From Phycisphaerae bacterium (GTDB lineage Bacteria; Planctomycetota; Phycisphaerae; UBA1845; Fen-1342): DNA of 64,000 bases. Each line of letters opens with the position of its first letter. Positions within the stretch are counted from its first letter, which is position 1. The translations under genes and the position numbers were made by a program. Under the pieces are notes generated by a model. It saw only the letters and a list, made by a program, of their open reading frames with translations. It ran no database searches and was not told where the DNA came from. Location of the stretch: the NCBI GenBank assembly GCA_050115495.1, contig JASFQK010000019.1, forward strand, positions 1 through 64,000. Reading direction: 5' to 3'. Positions 29,272 through 39,379 of the stretch are shown piece after piece.

Positions 29272-30711
29272 ATGCGTCACCTGTTCATCCGCATCTTCCT
29301 GCCGGTTCTCCTCGCCGTTCTGGTGGCCTTCGGCGTCGGCATGGGCATCGCCAGCCTGCTGTTCCCGCGACCGCCGGAACACGCGCCTCGGCCGCTGGAA
29401 TCCCTGGCCGAAGACGAGGACGGGCCGCCGCCCCTCGATCCGGGGCAGGACTCCGGCGGCGCCATGCTGCGCGAGGGCGAGCGCGCGGTGACGCGGCTGG
29501 TGCAAGCCGGTGACCTGCCCGGGGCGCGAGCCGAGATTGCCCGGCTGAACGAGTCCAGCGAAATCAGCGCGTACCTGCTGGACGGGCGCGGCACAGACCT
29601 CGACGGGGCCGAGCTGCCGCAGCAGTTGCGCGAATTGGTCGATGAAGCGCTGCTCAGCGGTCAGTCGCTCATCAGTGGCGGCGGACCGCACATGCGCATC
29701 GCGCGGCTCATCACGACCGCGGACCGCGGCCGGTTCGTTTTCGCGGCGGATATCGATCCATCGAACAAGTGGGCCTGGCGCCGGGCCGTGCTGCTCGCTG
29801 CCCAGTTTGTGGCGGTGACGGGCGCGCTGGGCATCGTCAGCTACTTCCTGGCCCGGCACATCACGCGGCCGGTGCTGCGGCTGCGGGCGGCTGTTCGCCA
29901 GGTAGCGGAGGGCGACCTGGAGCAGCGCGTCGGGCCGACGTTCGGCCGGCGTCGCGATGAGCTGGCGGAGCTGGGCCGCGATTTCGACGCCATGGCCGGC
30001 CGCATCGCCAACCTGCTCGCCACGCAGCAGCGCCTGCTGCGCGACATCTCGCACGAGCTGCGCTCGCCGCTGACGCGACAGGCGGTGGCGCTCGAGATCG
30101 CGCGCCGGCACATCGCGCCCGAGGGCGTGGGCATGCTGGACCGGGCGACGCGCGAGTCCGAGCGTCTGAGCGAACTGGTCGGCGAGCTGCTGACGCTGAC
30201 GCGGCTGGAGAGCGACCTGCCCGCGGCGGAGATTGTGTCGGTGCCGCTTGATGAGCTGGTCCGCCGCGTCGTGGATGACGTCGGCTTTGAGGTGGCTCCG
30301 CGCGACCGCACGGTTCACGTCCAGACGTGCGACGCCTGCACGACGCCGGGCGTGCCGGAGCTGCTGCGGCGGGCGGTGGAGAATGTGCTGCGCAACGCCA
30401 CGACGTATGCGCCGGAGGGCAGCGCGGTCGAGGTCAATTTGGCGGCCGGCCTGACGACGGCGAGCATCACAGTGCGCGACCACGGCCCGGGCGTTCCTCC
30501 CGGCGAACTGAGCGAGATCTTCCGCCCGTTCTATCGCGTGGGCGAGGGACGGGATCGCAGGTCGGGCGGTATCGGGCTTGGGCTGTCCATCGCCGAGCGG
30601 GCGGTTCGTTCGCACGGCGGTTCGATCGCGGCTCGCAATGCTGCGGATGGTGGGTTGATTGTCGAGATTCTGCTGCCCATCAACACCGCGCCGGCGGCGA
30701 GGGCGACGTAG
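29272..30711 (+). CDS. HAMP sensor histidine kinase (CpxA-like)
   Basis: Two TM segments, HAMP, DISHELRSPL, ENVLRNA, DHGPG, IFRPFYR, GIGLGL. Confidence 0.95.
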   Translation: MRHLFIRIFLPVLLAVLVAFGVGMGIASLLFPRPPEHAPRPLESLAEDEDGPPPLDPGQDSGGAMLREGERAVTRLVQAGDLPGARAEIARLNESSEISAYLLDGRGTDLDGAELPQQLRELVDEALLSGQSLISGGGPHMRIARLITTADRGRFVFAADIDPSNKWAWRRAVLLAAQFVAVTGALGIVSYFLARHITRPVLRLRAAVRQVAEGDLEQRVGPTFGRRRDELAELGRDFDAMAGRIANLLATQQRLLRDISHELRSPLTRQAVALEIARRHIAPEGVGMLDRATRESERLSELVGELLTLTRLESDLPAAEIVSVPLDELVRRVVDDVGFEVAPRDRTVHVQTCDACTTPGVPELLRRAVENVLRNATTYAPEGSAVEVNLAAGLTTASITVRDHGPGVPPGELSEIFRPFYRVGEGRDRRSGGIGLGLSIAERAVRSHGGSIAARNAADGGLIVEILLPINTAPAARAT

Positions 30712-30724
30712 CGGGTACACCGGG

Positions 30725-31915
30725 TCAGAACGGGGGCAGCGTCGGATTGGTCGCCGGGACGATGGCCTGGCCTTCGACCTCGACCAGCCAGCCGGGCCGA
30801 CAGACGGGGGCGGTCACCACGATCAGTGGTACTGCGGCGAAGCGCTCGCGGAGGCCGCGGTGGACGGCTGTGGCGTCGCCGGCGTGGCGCACGTAGGCGA
30901 TGAGGTGGCACAGATCGTCGCCGCCGGCGCCGGCAACGTTCAACAGCGCTTCGATGTTGTCGAGCGTGCGGTCCAGTTGGTGGCGGACGTCGCCGGGATG
31001 GAGCAGACGACCCTGATCGTCGATGCTCGCCGTGCCCGAAATCAGCACGTGCCGGCGGTCGCGGTAGGCGATGCTGGTCCCCCGCTCGAACGTTACGCCG
31101 TACAGATCGGTCGGGCAGAGTTGCTCGGGCGCGCGGAGGAAGGCGATCTGCCCGGGCTGTACGCCGGCAATGGCGTAGGCGTCCAGGGTAACGCGAGTGG
31201 CCGGATCGGCGCCCGCGCCGGCGATGCCGGTGCTGGTAATGTAGTGCGTCGCCGACGTGAGGCCGCGCTCGGCGAAGAACTCCCGGCGGGCCTGCACCAG
31301 ATCGGCGTAATCCGCGTCAATATCGCGCAGAAACAACCACGTGCGCACGACGTGGTCTGCCAGCGTCAGGTTCTGCCCGCGCAGAAACGACTCGTAGTCA
31401 ACCAACACGCGCTGTGTTTGCGTGTACGCCGACGGCGGGCCCGGATGGGCGATGCCGCACGTCCAGTGGTGTTGCAAGGTGCCCCGCCGCAAGGTGAGCG
31501 TGTTGTCCGCGTGCAGCCGGTCGAGCGGTCCGCGCGGATCGCGGAGGCAGTACGACCACAAGGCAACCTCGGCCGGTTCCGCCGGCGGCTGCCCCACGCA
31601 CGACACGGCACACGGTTCGTCGCCGACTTGAGCCGCAAGCGCGAGAGCTTGGTTGACAAGATCACTACAGAAGTAGCGACGCAGCACCGTACCCGCATCC
31701 GCGGCGCCCAGTTCGGCCAGCGCCTCGCGAGAACCATCGCTCAGCCACCGCAACTGCTCCTCGAAGCTGCCGCCGGCCGTGGGCCGCGCCATCAAGTGCA
31801 GCTCCTCGACGCCGCTGTCGCCGCGGAAACGGGCGATTTCCACCGAGACGGGCACGTTGCGACAGGCGATATGCGCGCAGTGCACGCGTGTCGTCCTGTT
31901 GAGGGTGGTACTCAT
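30725..31915 (-). CDS. Multi-domain Rid/YjgF-fold hydrolase (FkbO/Hyg5-related)
   Basis: VRTWLFLRDID, STGI, GVTFERG, ISGTASID, VCRPGWLVEVE. ATGA overlap with the upstream gene. Confidence 0.8.
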   Translation of the reverse strand: MSTTLNRTTRVHCAHIACRNVPVSVEIARFRGDSGVEELHLMARPTAGGSFEEQLRWLSDGSREALAELGAADAGTVLRRYFCSDLVNQALALAAQVGDEPCAVSCVGQPPAEPAEVALWSYCLRDPRGPLDRLHADNTLTLRRGTLQHHWTCGIAHPGPPSAYTQTQRVLVDYESFLRGQNLTLADHVVRTWLFLRDIDADYADLVQARREFFAERGLTSATHYITSTGIAGAGADPATRVTLDAYAIAGVQPGQIAFLRAPEQLCPTDLYGVTFERGTSIAYRDRRHVLISGTASIDDQGRLLHPGDVRHQLDRTLDNIEALLNVAGAGGDDLCHLIAYVRHAGDATAVHRGLRERFAAVPLIVVTAPVCRPGWLVEVEGQAIVPATNPTLPPF

Positions 31916-34293
31916 TGGGGCACGACCTCGATGGGAATCGCCGGCAGCACGCCCAGGGACACGCGCTGCGTCCGGGCCGCCTGTCCTTCGCCGGCCGGGC
32001 GCTCGACGTGCATGAACACCTCGACGATGAGGTTGTCCGCGAAGCCGACCGGCGCCGTGTCGGCGTCGGCGGCCAACTCGAAAGCCGGCCCGTCGGTGGC
32101 GTCCACAACCTCACGCAGCGTGATCCCCGGCGGCGGTGCATTCAGTTCGAACTCGACCTTTCGCGCCCCACCACGCCGCGGTACGGACAGCCGCACTTGC
32201 GTTGCGCCGCCGGCGGGAATCCGCACCGGTCCCTCGTCGGCGAGCCCAAGACCCAGACCGAAGCGCTGTCCGCGCAGCACGGCGACCAGCAGTTCCTGTG
32301 AAGGCGTTAGGTGCCGGTAGAGGAAGGCTTGCATCATGTCCTCGGCGGGCACCGCCGGCCGCGAGACCGCTTCGCCGCCGATCGTCGCCCGGCCGACCAC
32401 GGTCAGCGGAACGGGATCGCGCGGCGGACCGGGAGGCACGCTCAACGTGACACGGGCGCTGTCCTGCCCGGCGGGCACGCGCGCTCCGCTCAACGTGAAC
32501 CCCGGCGGCGCATCGACCAACTCCAACTCGATCTCGCCGGCGAAGCCGTCCTGCCGCAGGGCGTACACGCGCATCGGTACCGAGAAGCCGGCCCGCGCGT
32601 TCAGGCTCGACGGCGTTACGCGCAGTTTGAAGTCCGGCTGCGGCGGGCTGACACGCAAACGATAGGCGTATTCTTCGCCGCTCTGCGACTGCACGTCGCT
32701 CACCTGGACGTAGTAGGTGCCATCTGCCGGCAGCGTGGTCCGCAGGTACGAGTCGGCGTGGTGCGTGAGGACGCCCATGTCGGTGTGCAGGAACCCTTCC
32801 TTGTGCTCGCTGTCGTCGTTCCAGTCGAGGACGTTGCCGGAGGCATCCAGCAGCCGCAGCAGCGAATCGAGCGGCGAGCGGGCCCGCCGGGCGATTACCT
32901 CGGCGACGATCTCGCCGCCGGCCTTACCCTTGAACTGGAAGAGGTCCACGTCGCCCGGGCGGTCGATGCGGCCGTCGACGATGCGCGGCAGGTGGACGCG
33001 CTGAGCGTCGGCGACGGTGTCGTTGCTCTCGGTTTCCTTGTCGGCGGTGAGGTCGTTCACGTCGTAGGTGACGGGGTTGGACATGGCCTTGCCGCCGCCG
33101 AGCGGCTTCTGGCGGATGCCGGGGCTGCGCGGCGCGGCCTTACCGTCGAGAAAGAGGCGGTCGGTCGCGAGGTTCCAGCCGGCAACCGACACGTAGCGCT
33201 GCTGTCCCACGCGGCAGCCGAGCGGGAAGATGGACGTCACGAAGGGCCGGGCGCCGAGAGCGACTCGATAGACGAAGTCTTCGCGGCCACGGTAGATCGA
33301 GTCGCGGATCTCCAGTTCGTACTCGCCGTCGGCGGGAACGTCGTAGCAGAGGACGGGGTCGGGGCTGAAGCGGTAGTCGTCGACGAAGGCCAATTCGTTG
33401 CCGGCGGCGTCGTACAACGCCAGCGTCGCCTGGAACCAGCCCGGCACCGCGTCGGCGAGATACGGGATGAGCGACCGGGCGCTGGTCTCGATCACCAGCC
33501 GCTGTCCCGCCGTCGCCTGGAAGCGGAAGCGGTCGATGTCGCCGGGCATGATCTGGCCGTTGATCAGGACGGGCAGCTCAAGCGGCGGCTCGGCGGGCAG
33601 GAGATCCATGACGCGCTGCTCGCCCGGTTCCAGCTCCCGGGTTTCCCGCAGCGCGCCGACCTGGAACACCATCGGGTTCGTCAGGCCCTGCCGCGTGCCG
33701 ATGCGCAGTTCGCGGTCGCCGGGCGGGGCATCGCGGTCGATGGTGACCTCGACCAGCACGCTCTCGCCGATCTGGGCGTTGCGCTGACCCTGTCGCGCCT
33801 GTCGCATCACCTGGCGGATGTTCAGCAACTCGCGCAGGCTCTTGTGGTCGAGGTCGCACAAGAGCGGGTGCTCGGGTAGCTCGACCGGTTCCTCGGACGA
33901 TTCCGCTTCTTTGCCCCTCCGCCCGCCCCGGGCGGGCTGGACAAACCGCCGCCAGCCGAGGCGGTCGCGCACCACGCCCTCGTCGACGAGCTCGGCCCAG
34001 CGCTTCTGCGCGACTTCACGCATCTTCTCACCCAGCGCGTCGGCCTGCTCCCGGCTGATGTTCTGGAGCGGCGGGAAGTGACGCACGACGGTGGCCTGCA
34101 CGCCCTCACCCGTCACGTACACGTCGGACGCGCCGCGGAGGAACTGCCCGCCGGCGACGACCTGGAACGTCCTGCCGCGCTGGCCGCCGGCCGGGTAGAG
34201 ATAGCCGATGTGCGGCTCGCGCGCGGCCTGGCCCCAGGCGCTCGCGACGCCCAGCAGCAACAGCATCGGCACAGCCAGCCTCATCCGCATCAT
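31912..34293 (-). CDS. Secreted PPC (pre-peptidase C-terminal) repeat protein of planctomycete DUF1501/DUF1553 clusters
   Basis: Signal peptide, PHIGYLYPAGGQRG, NGQIMPGDIDRFRF, ETESND, DGRIDRPGDVDLF, PDFKL. ATGA overlap. Confidence 0.85.
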   Translation of the reverse strand: MMRMRLAVPMLLLLGVASAWGQAAREPHIGYLYPAGGQRGRTFQVVAGGQFLRGASDVYVTGEGVQATVVRHFPPLQNISREQADALGEKMREVAQKRWAELVDEGVVRDRLGWRRFVQPARGGRRGKEAESSEEPVELPEHPLLCDLDHKSLRELLNIRQVMRQARQGQRNAQIGESVLVEVTIDRDAPPGDRELRIGTRQGLTNPMVFQVGALRETRELEPGEQRVMDLLPAEPPLELPVLINGQIMPGDIDRFRFQATAGQRLVIETSARSLIPYLADAVPGWFQATLALYDAAGNELAFVDDYRFSPDPVLCYDVPADGEYELEIRDSIYRGREDFVYRVALGARPFVTSIFPLGCRVGQQRYVSVAGWNLATDRLFLDGKAAPRSPGIRQKPLGGGKAMSNPVTYDVNDLTADKETESNDTVADAQRVHLPRIVDGRIDRPGDVDLFQFKGKAGGEIVAEVIARRARSPLDSLLRLLDASGNVLDWNDDSEHKEGFLHTDMGVLTHHADSYLRTTLPADGTYYVQVSDVQSQSGEEYAYRLRVSPPQPDFKLRVTPSSLNARAGFSVPMRVYALRQDGFAGEIELELVDAPPGFTLSGARVPAGQDSARVTLSVPPGPPRDPVPLTVVGRATIGGEAVSRPAVPAEDMMQAFLYRHLTPSQELLVAVLRGQRFGLGLGLADEGPVRIPAGGATQVRLSVPRRGGARKVEFELNAPPPGITLREVVDATDGPAFELAADADTAPVGFADNLIVEVFMHVERPAGEGQAARTQRVSLGVLPAIPIEVVPQ

Positions 34294-35630
34294 GACGGCA
34301 TGATCTCCCGCAGTCGGCCGCCGCTGGGATTGTCCGCGTCGGCCACCGGCAACAGCCGCACGTCGAGGCCGCGAGCGTTCGGCAGCGTGCCCTCGGGGTC
34401 GATCCCCAGCAGCTCGTAGATGCTGCCGATCAGGTCGAGCGGATAGACCGGGCGCTCGGCGACGTCCTCGCCGGTGGCGTTCGACGCACCGACGACGCGA
34501 CCGCCCTGAAAACCGCCGCCGGCCACGACGGTGGAGAAACACTTGCCAAAGTGTCCGCGGCCGCCGTTCCAGGGCGGCTCCCACTGCACGCGGGGCGTAC
34601 GGCCGAATTCGCCGCCCCACCACACGATCGTGCTGGCCAACAGGTCGCGGCCGGCGAGATCCTGCAACAGTGTGGCCATGCCGCGGTCCATTTCGGGGAG
34701 CTTGCGGCTCATGGTCTGGAAGTGCTGCTTGTGCGTGTCCCAGCCCTTGTAGTTGATCGTCACGTAGGGCACGCCACTCTCGACCAGCCGCCGGGCCATG
34801 AGGCAGCACTGGCCGAATGTGTTGCGGCCGTAGCGTTCGCGCAGGTCGTCCGGCTCGCTGGACAAATCGAAGAGCTGGCGGACGTCGCCGAACATCATGT
34901 CGTAGGCGTGCTGCTCGCATTCGTCGAAGCGCGTGAGGCGGGCGTCGTAGGGTAGCGCCCGACCGAGCGAATCCAGTGCATGCAGCAGGTCGCGCCGCCG
35001 CATCTGACGCTGGTCCGAGATACCTTGGGCGATAATGCCCTCGACGGCGAAGCGGGCCTGGTTCGGGTCGCCGCCGGTGGCGAAGGGTTTGTATTGCTGG
35101 CCGAGGAAGCCGGCCTCGGAGAAACGGCCCTGCGGCTCGGTGAGCACGATGTACGGCGGGGCGAGGCCGCGGTAGCCATGGTCGTAGCCCTTGAACAGCG
35201 AGACGACCGCGCCGACGCAGGGATAGACGAGGCGGCCGGGCTGACGGCCGGTCTGCACGAGGTAGGACGCGGTCTCATGGGCGTTCACGCCGTGCGTCAT
35301 GCTGCGGATGATGGCGTACTTGTCGGCCTGCTGGGCGAGCAGCGGGAGCGACTCGCCGATTTCGATGCCGGGCACGTTCGTGGGGATGGTCTTGTTGAGC
35401 GGGCCACAGTAGTCGGAGCCGGCGCCCGGCTTCGGATCGAACGTGTCGATGTGCGACGGGCCGCCCCACATCCAGATCTGGATCATCGAGCGGGCTGGTG
35501 CCGCCGACGGCGCGGCTGGTTGTGCGCGAACGTCGCCGGGTCGCAACAGCGCGAGCCCCGCCGCCCCGAGCAGTCCGCGACGCAGTGCTTCGCGCCGAGT
35601 GATCGCCTTGTCCGGTCTTCGCTGGTTCAT
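34290..35630 (-). CDS. DUF1501 domain protein (Tat-exported)
   Basis: TRREAL Tat motif, GGPSHIDTFDPKP, FGQCCLMARRLVESGV, GWDTH, GEFGRTP, GRGH. Confidence 0.92.
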   Translation of the reverse strand: MNQRRPDKAITRREALRRGLLGAAGLALLRPGDVRAQPAAPSAAPARSMIQIWMWGGPSHIDTFDPKPGAGSDYCGPLNKTIPTNVPGIEIGESLPLLAQQADKYAIIRSMTHGVNAHETASYLVQTGRQPGRLVYPCVGAVVSLFKGYDHGYRGLAPPYIVLTEPQGRFSEAGFLGQQYKPFATGGDPNQARFAVEGIIAQGISDQRQMRRRDLLHALDSLGRALPYDARLTRFDECEQHAYDMMFGDVRQLFDLSSEPDDLRERYGRNTFGQCCLMARRLVESGVPYVTINYKGWDTHKQHFQTMSRKLPEMDRGMATLLQDLAGRDLLASTIVWWGGEFGRTPRVQWEPPWNGGRGHFGKCFSTVVAGGGFQGGRVVGASNATGEDVAERPVYPLDLIGSIYELLGIDPEGTLPNARGLDVRLLPVADADNPSGGRLREIMPS

Positions 35631-35657
35631 GCGTGCATCCTCGCGATCCGGCACGGC

Positions 35658-37253
35658 TCAATGCCGGAACACGAACTCCTTACTGTTGATCAGGGCCCAG
35701 ACCACGTCGTTGACGGCCTGTCGGCGGTCGACGCCGTCGGCATTGAGATAGGCGTCGACCGCCTCCAGCTCCGCTGGCGTGGGATAGCGCGACAGGATTG
35801 TGAGATAGAGCGCGCGAACCGCCTCGCGCAATCCGCCCCGGCCGGGGCGCAGCAGCGCCCGCAGGCGCTGACTGCCCTCGATCTTCTTCTGCACGTGGCT
35901 CGAATTCAGCAGGTGCAGGCGCTGGGCGTCGGTCGAGCGGCGATCGCGCTCGGATTCGAGGCCGGTGTCGCGGGCCGGGCGGCCGAACATCTCCAGGAAC
36001 GGGCTGCTGATGCTGCCGTCGGCGAGGGCGATCGTGCGTTGCTCCTGCGGAATGTGCGTGAAGGGCTCGGGGATGGCGCTCGTGTAGCGCTCGCCGCTGC
36101 CGCAGATCGCGTTCAGGGCGTCGACGAGCACCTCCGCATCCAGCCGGCGGACGGGGTAGTACGCGAACAGCGCCTCTGCGTCGGGATCGTCGCTGCGCGG
36201 CAGGCACGATTGCTGGTACGTGTGCGAGTTGAGGATCAGCCGGTAGATGTGCCGCAGGTCGTACTTGCTCGCGACGAGCTCTGCTTCGAGATAGGTGAGC
36301 AACTCCGGATTCACCGGCGGATTGTCGGGGCGGATATCGTCGGGCTCGTCGATGATGCCCCGGCCGAGCAGCCACGCCCAGATGCGGTTCACGACGTTGC
36401 GGGCGAACCACGGGTTCTCCGGCGAGGTGAGCCAGTCGGCGAAGGCGCGCCGCGGATCGTCGCCGGCGGCGATGTCGATTTCGCGGCCGTCGGGGAAGCG
36501 GGCGTGCAGCGGGGTCGTCGCCGACGGATCGACGTAGACGATCTCCTCCTTCCACTCGGCCGTGCCCTTGAACGCGACGCGGGAGAAGAAGGCGGCCATG
36601 TCCTGCCGGCGATCCTCGGGCCAGGCGTCGTAGCGCGTGCCCATGAAGGTGAGGGCGACTGCGGCGGCCAGCGTCGCCGGGTCGTGATCCTGCACGGCGC
36701 GATAGAAGTTCACGGGCGGCACACGGAAGTTGCTGCCGCTCGAAGTCAGCAGTTCGCGAACGAACGCGTCGTAGGGCTTATTCCGAGCCAGCGCATCGCG
36801 GACCCAGTGGTGATAGGCTTGGACGGCATTCGGCCAGAGGTTGATGGGGAACTCCGACTTCACGCGGAGCAGGTCGCACCATTTCAGGGCCCAGTAGTCG
36901 GCAAACTCGTCACGCTCCAGCAGCGCGTCGATCAGCCGGGCGCGTTTGTCCGGCCGCTTGTCGGCGAGGAAGTCGCGCACTTCGCGCGCCTCGGGCAGCG
37001 TTCCAATAACGTCGAGGTACACGCGGCGGACGAAAACCGTGTCCGAGCAGAGATAAGCGGGCTCGATCTTCTTCTGACAAAGTCTGGCGAGGATGTGCTC
37101 GTCGATCGGGTCGGTCGGCGTGAAGGCGGTGTCGGTCTCGAACGGCTGCACGGGCGGCGGATCGGCGGCCCAGGCCCCGGCCGGCACGGCGAGCAGTACA
37201 GCCGCAATCAGCATGACCGGCACGCGTTTCTCCGCCTGGCGACACAACACCAT
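35658..37253 (-). CDS. DUF1549/DUF1553 (PSCyt2/PSD1) domain protein
   Basis: FVRRVYLDVIGTLP, NKPYDAFVRELL, NPWFARNVVNRIWAWLLGRGI, RRLDAEVLVD, DVVWALINSKEFVFRH. Start could also be 37214. Confidence 0.92.
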   Translation of the reverse strand: MVLCRQAEKRVPVMLIAAVLLAVPAGAWAADPPPVQPFETDTAFTPTDPIDEHILARLCQKKIEPAYLCSDTVFVRRVYLDVIGTLPEAREVRDFLADKRPDKRARLIDALLERDEFADYWALKWCDLLRVKSEFPINLWPNAVQAYHHWVRDALARNKPYDAFVRELLTSSGSNFRVPPVNFYRAVQDHDPATLAAAVALTFMGTRYDAWPEDRRQDMAAFFSRVAFKGTAEWKEEIVYVDPSATTPLHARFPDGREIDIAAGDDPRRAFADWLTSPENPWFARNVVNRIWAWLLGRGIIDEPDDIRPDNPPVNPELLTYLEAELVASKYDLRHIYRLILNSHTYQQSCLPRSDDPDAEALFAYYPVRRLDAEVLVDALNAICGSGERYTSAIPEPFTHIPQEQRTIALADGSISSPFLEMFGRPARDTGLESERDRRSTDAQRLHLLNSSHVQKKIEGSQRLRALLRPGRGGLREAVRALYLTILSRYPTPAELEAVDAYLNADGVDRRQAVNDVVWALINSKEFVFRH

Positions 37254-37326
37254 TTCACCCAATCGATCTATCGGCGTCCACAGAAATCGGCGGCAGGCGG
37301 CTTACAGCTCGCGATCACACGCCTCT

Positions 37327-37385
37327 GTAGCGGCCGGTCTCCGTGCCGGCCGTCCTGGTAGCGTCGGCCCCCCGTGGCCGACGTC
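37327..37385. repeat. REP-like palindrome pair (GTAG on plus strand)
   Basis: GTAGCGGCCGGTCTCCGTGCCGGCCGTC and GTAGCGTCGGCCCCCCGTGGCCGACGTC are exact reverse complements of 982-1009 and 13779-13806. Confidence 0.85.
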
Positions 37386-37409
37386 GAACGCCGACAAACG
37401 TACGGCGCC

Positions 37410-38426
37410 TCACAACTCCCGATCGCACGCCGCCGCCAGTGGCTTCAGATTTGCCATCAGTTGGCGGAACTCGGTCACGTCCAGCGATTGCGGGCCGTCG
37501 CTCCAGGCCTGGGTCGGCGAGGGGTGGACCTCGATCAGCAGGCCGTCGGCGCCGCAGGCCAGGGCCGCCCGGCACATCGGCGCGACCAAGTGCGCGTGGC
37601 CCGTGCCGTGTGACGGGTCGACGAGGATCGGCAGGTCGCTGCGGCGCTTCACTTCCGGCACGACGGCCAGCGTTAACGTGTTCCGCACGTAATCCTCGAA
37701 CGTCCGGATGCCGCGCTCGCAGAGGATGACCGGGGCGCTGCCGCCCTGCCGGACGTATTCGGCCGCCAGGAGGAACTCTTCCAGCGTCGCGCTCCAGCCG
37801 CGTTTCAGCAATACGGGCTTGTCCTGCTCGCCGAGGGCGCGGAGCAACGGTGTGTTCTGCATGTTGCGCGAGCCGACCTGGAGGACGTCGGCGACGGCGC
37901 GGACGGGCTCGATCTGGGCGACGGACATCACCTCGGTCACGACGGCCAGGCCGGTCTGCTCGCGGACGCGGCCGAGCATCTCCAGGCCGTCCTCGCCGAG
38001 GCCCTGGAAGGAGTAGGGCGCCGTGCGCGGCTTGAACGCCCCGCCCCGCAGACCCACGGCTCCGGCCTCGGCCACGGCGTGTGCTGTTTCGAGCAGGCGC
38101 CCTTCGTCCTCGACACTGCACGGACCGGCGATGACGGCGACTCGCCGACCGCCGACCGTCGCCCGGGGTCCGAGCGGGACTTCGTGCAGCTCGTTCTCCG
38201 GGCCGCGGCAGATGGCGAAGACCTGCGTGGGGTCGTCGACGACGGCGGCGACCGCCGGCAGTTCGCCCAATTGGTCGCGGGGCACCTGCCGGCCGGCGCC
38301 GAGGACCTCGATGACGCAGTGCGGCGCTCCGGGGCACACATGTCCGATAGCATCGCAGCGGGCGAGCAGACGGACCACACGGTCGACATCTTCTCCCGAG
38401 CAGGCCGGCTGCATCACCACGAACAT
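37410..38426 (-). CDS. aroF: 3-deoxy-7-phosphoheptulonate (DAHP) synthase, class I-beta
   Basis: IAGPCSVE, RGGAFKPRT.PYSFQG, GSRNMQN, KRG, LCERGIRTF, DPSH, EVHP, SDG. N-terminal ferredoxin/ACT-like segment. Confidence 0.93.
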   Translation of the reverse strand: MFVVMQPACSGEDVDRVVRLLARCDAIGHVCPGAPHCVIEVLGAGRQVPRDQLGELPAVAAVVDDPTQVFAICRGPENELHEVPLGPRATVGGRRVAVIAGPCSVEDEGRLLETAHAVAEAGAVGLRGGAFKPRTAPYSFQGLGEDGLEMLGRVREQTGLAVVTEVMSVAQIEPVRAVADVLQVGSRNMQNTPLLRALGEQDKPVLLKRGWSATLEEFLLAAEYVRQGGSAPVILCERGIRTFEDYVRNTLTLAVVPEVKRRSDLPILVDPSHGTGHAHLVAPMCRAALACGADGLLIEVHPSPTQAWSDGPQSLDVTEFRQLMANLKPLAAACDREL

Positions 38427-38570
38427 GACGACCCTCGCGCGCGGTCCAAGACACTCCAGTCCGTCGCCCCGCGTAGCATAACGCGCCGAAACCGGTTCCA
38501 TTGCATCGGGACCGCCGGTGGCGTCTCCCAATTGCCCGGCTCGCTGGCGGAGCGGTACACTGGAGGGGAA

Positions 38571-38608
38571 CAAAGGGGCAAAGGAGCAAAGGGACAGAGG
38601 GGCAAAGA
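38571..38608. repeat. Short degenerate 8-bp tandem repeat
   Basis: CAAAGGGG CAAAGGAG CAAAGGGA CAGAGGGG CAAAGA in an intergenic region. Confidence 0.6.
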
Positions 38609-38668
38609 TGGGGCGGGGAGCGCCCCGCGCGAACGGGAGAGGTCCGGCTGCCTGGAGAGGGTCCTGCC

Positions 38669-39316
38669 ATGAAGACGTGGGGTATGCTTGTTGTTGCCGC
38701 GATGCTCGTCGTCGGCGCCGGCGGCGGATGTGCGAAGAAGGAGCCATTCTCCATCGACCCGAGCACACCGGCGCCAGGTGAAGCCCGGGCCGAGACTGAG
38801 TCCCAGCCGGCCACGTCGAAACCGTTCGGACGTTCGTCGATAACGTTGTTCCCAGACGGCACGTGCGTCGGCGAATCCGACCCGCCGGTGCGGCCGGGTG
38901 AGTACCGTCTCTTTTTCCGGCGAGTGCCGGACCGAGGCAACACGCCACGCTGGTCACGGTGTCCGCACCGCGCGGACAACTGGGGCCGGTATCTCTACCT
39001 CGACTTCGAGAGGAACATCAGCGTGCTCGTGATCGCGAACGTGCCGGACCTTCCGCACTGGACGAGGAACGAAACCGCCGACGCCGCGACCATCTGCCCT
39101 GGCTCCGCGTTCGAGATGCGCGTTCAGCCCGAGCCGAACACGCTGACGGTCGTGTTGCTGGACAAGACGCAGTGCGCGTTCCCGCTGTGCGAGGGCGCGG
39201 TCCAGGCGTTTTGGGACCACCGCGAGCAACCGTACTCCGTAGTGGACAGCGTCCTAAGGTGCCTGGGCGACAGCATCGACCCGGAACTGGAAACGTTGCT
39301 GAGGGCTCACCGATAG
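38669..39316 (+). CDS. Hypothetical lipoprotein
   Basis: GGAGAGG RBS. MKTWGMLVVAAMLVVGAGGGC has a lipobox-like end. Confidence 0.7.
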   Translation: MKTWGMLVVAAMLVVGAGGGCAKKEPFSIDPSTPAPGEARAETESQPATSKPFGRSSITLFPDGTCVGESDPPVRPGEYRLFFRRVPDRGNTPRWSRCPHRADNWGRYLYLDFERNISVLVIANVPDLPHWTRNETADAATICPGSAFEMRVQPEPNTLTVVLLDKTQCAFPLCEGAVQAFWDHREQPYSVVDSVLRCLGDSIDPELETLLRAHR

Positions 39317-39379
39317 TGTGCTTTCTGGCAGCGGGGGCAAGCGCGCGATACGAGCCACGCGTGGGAGGCGCCCAGGCAG

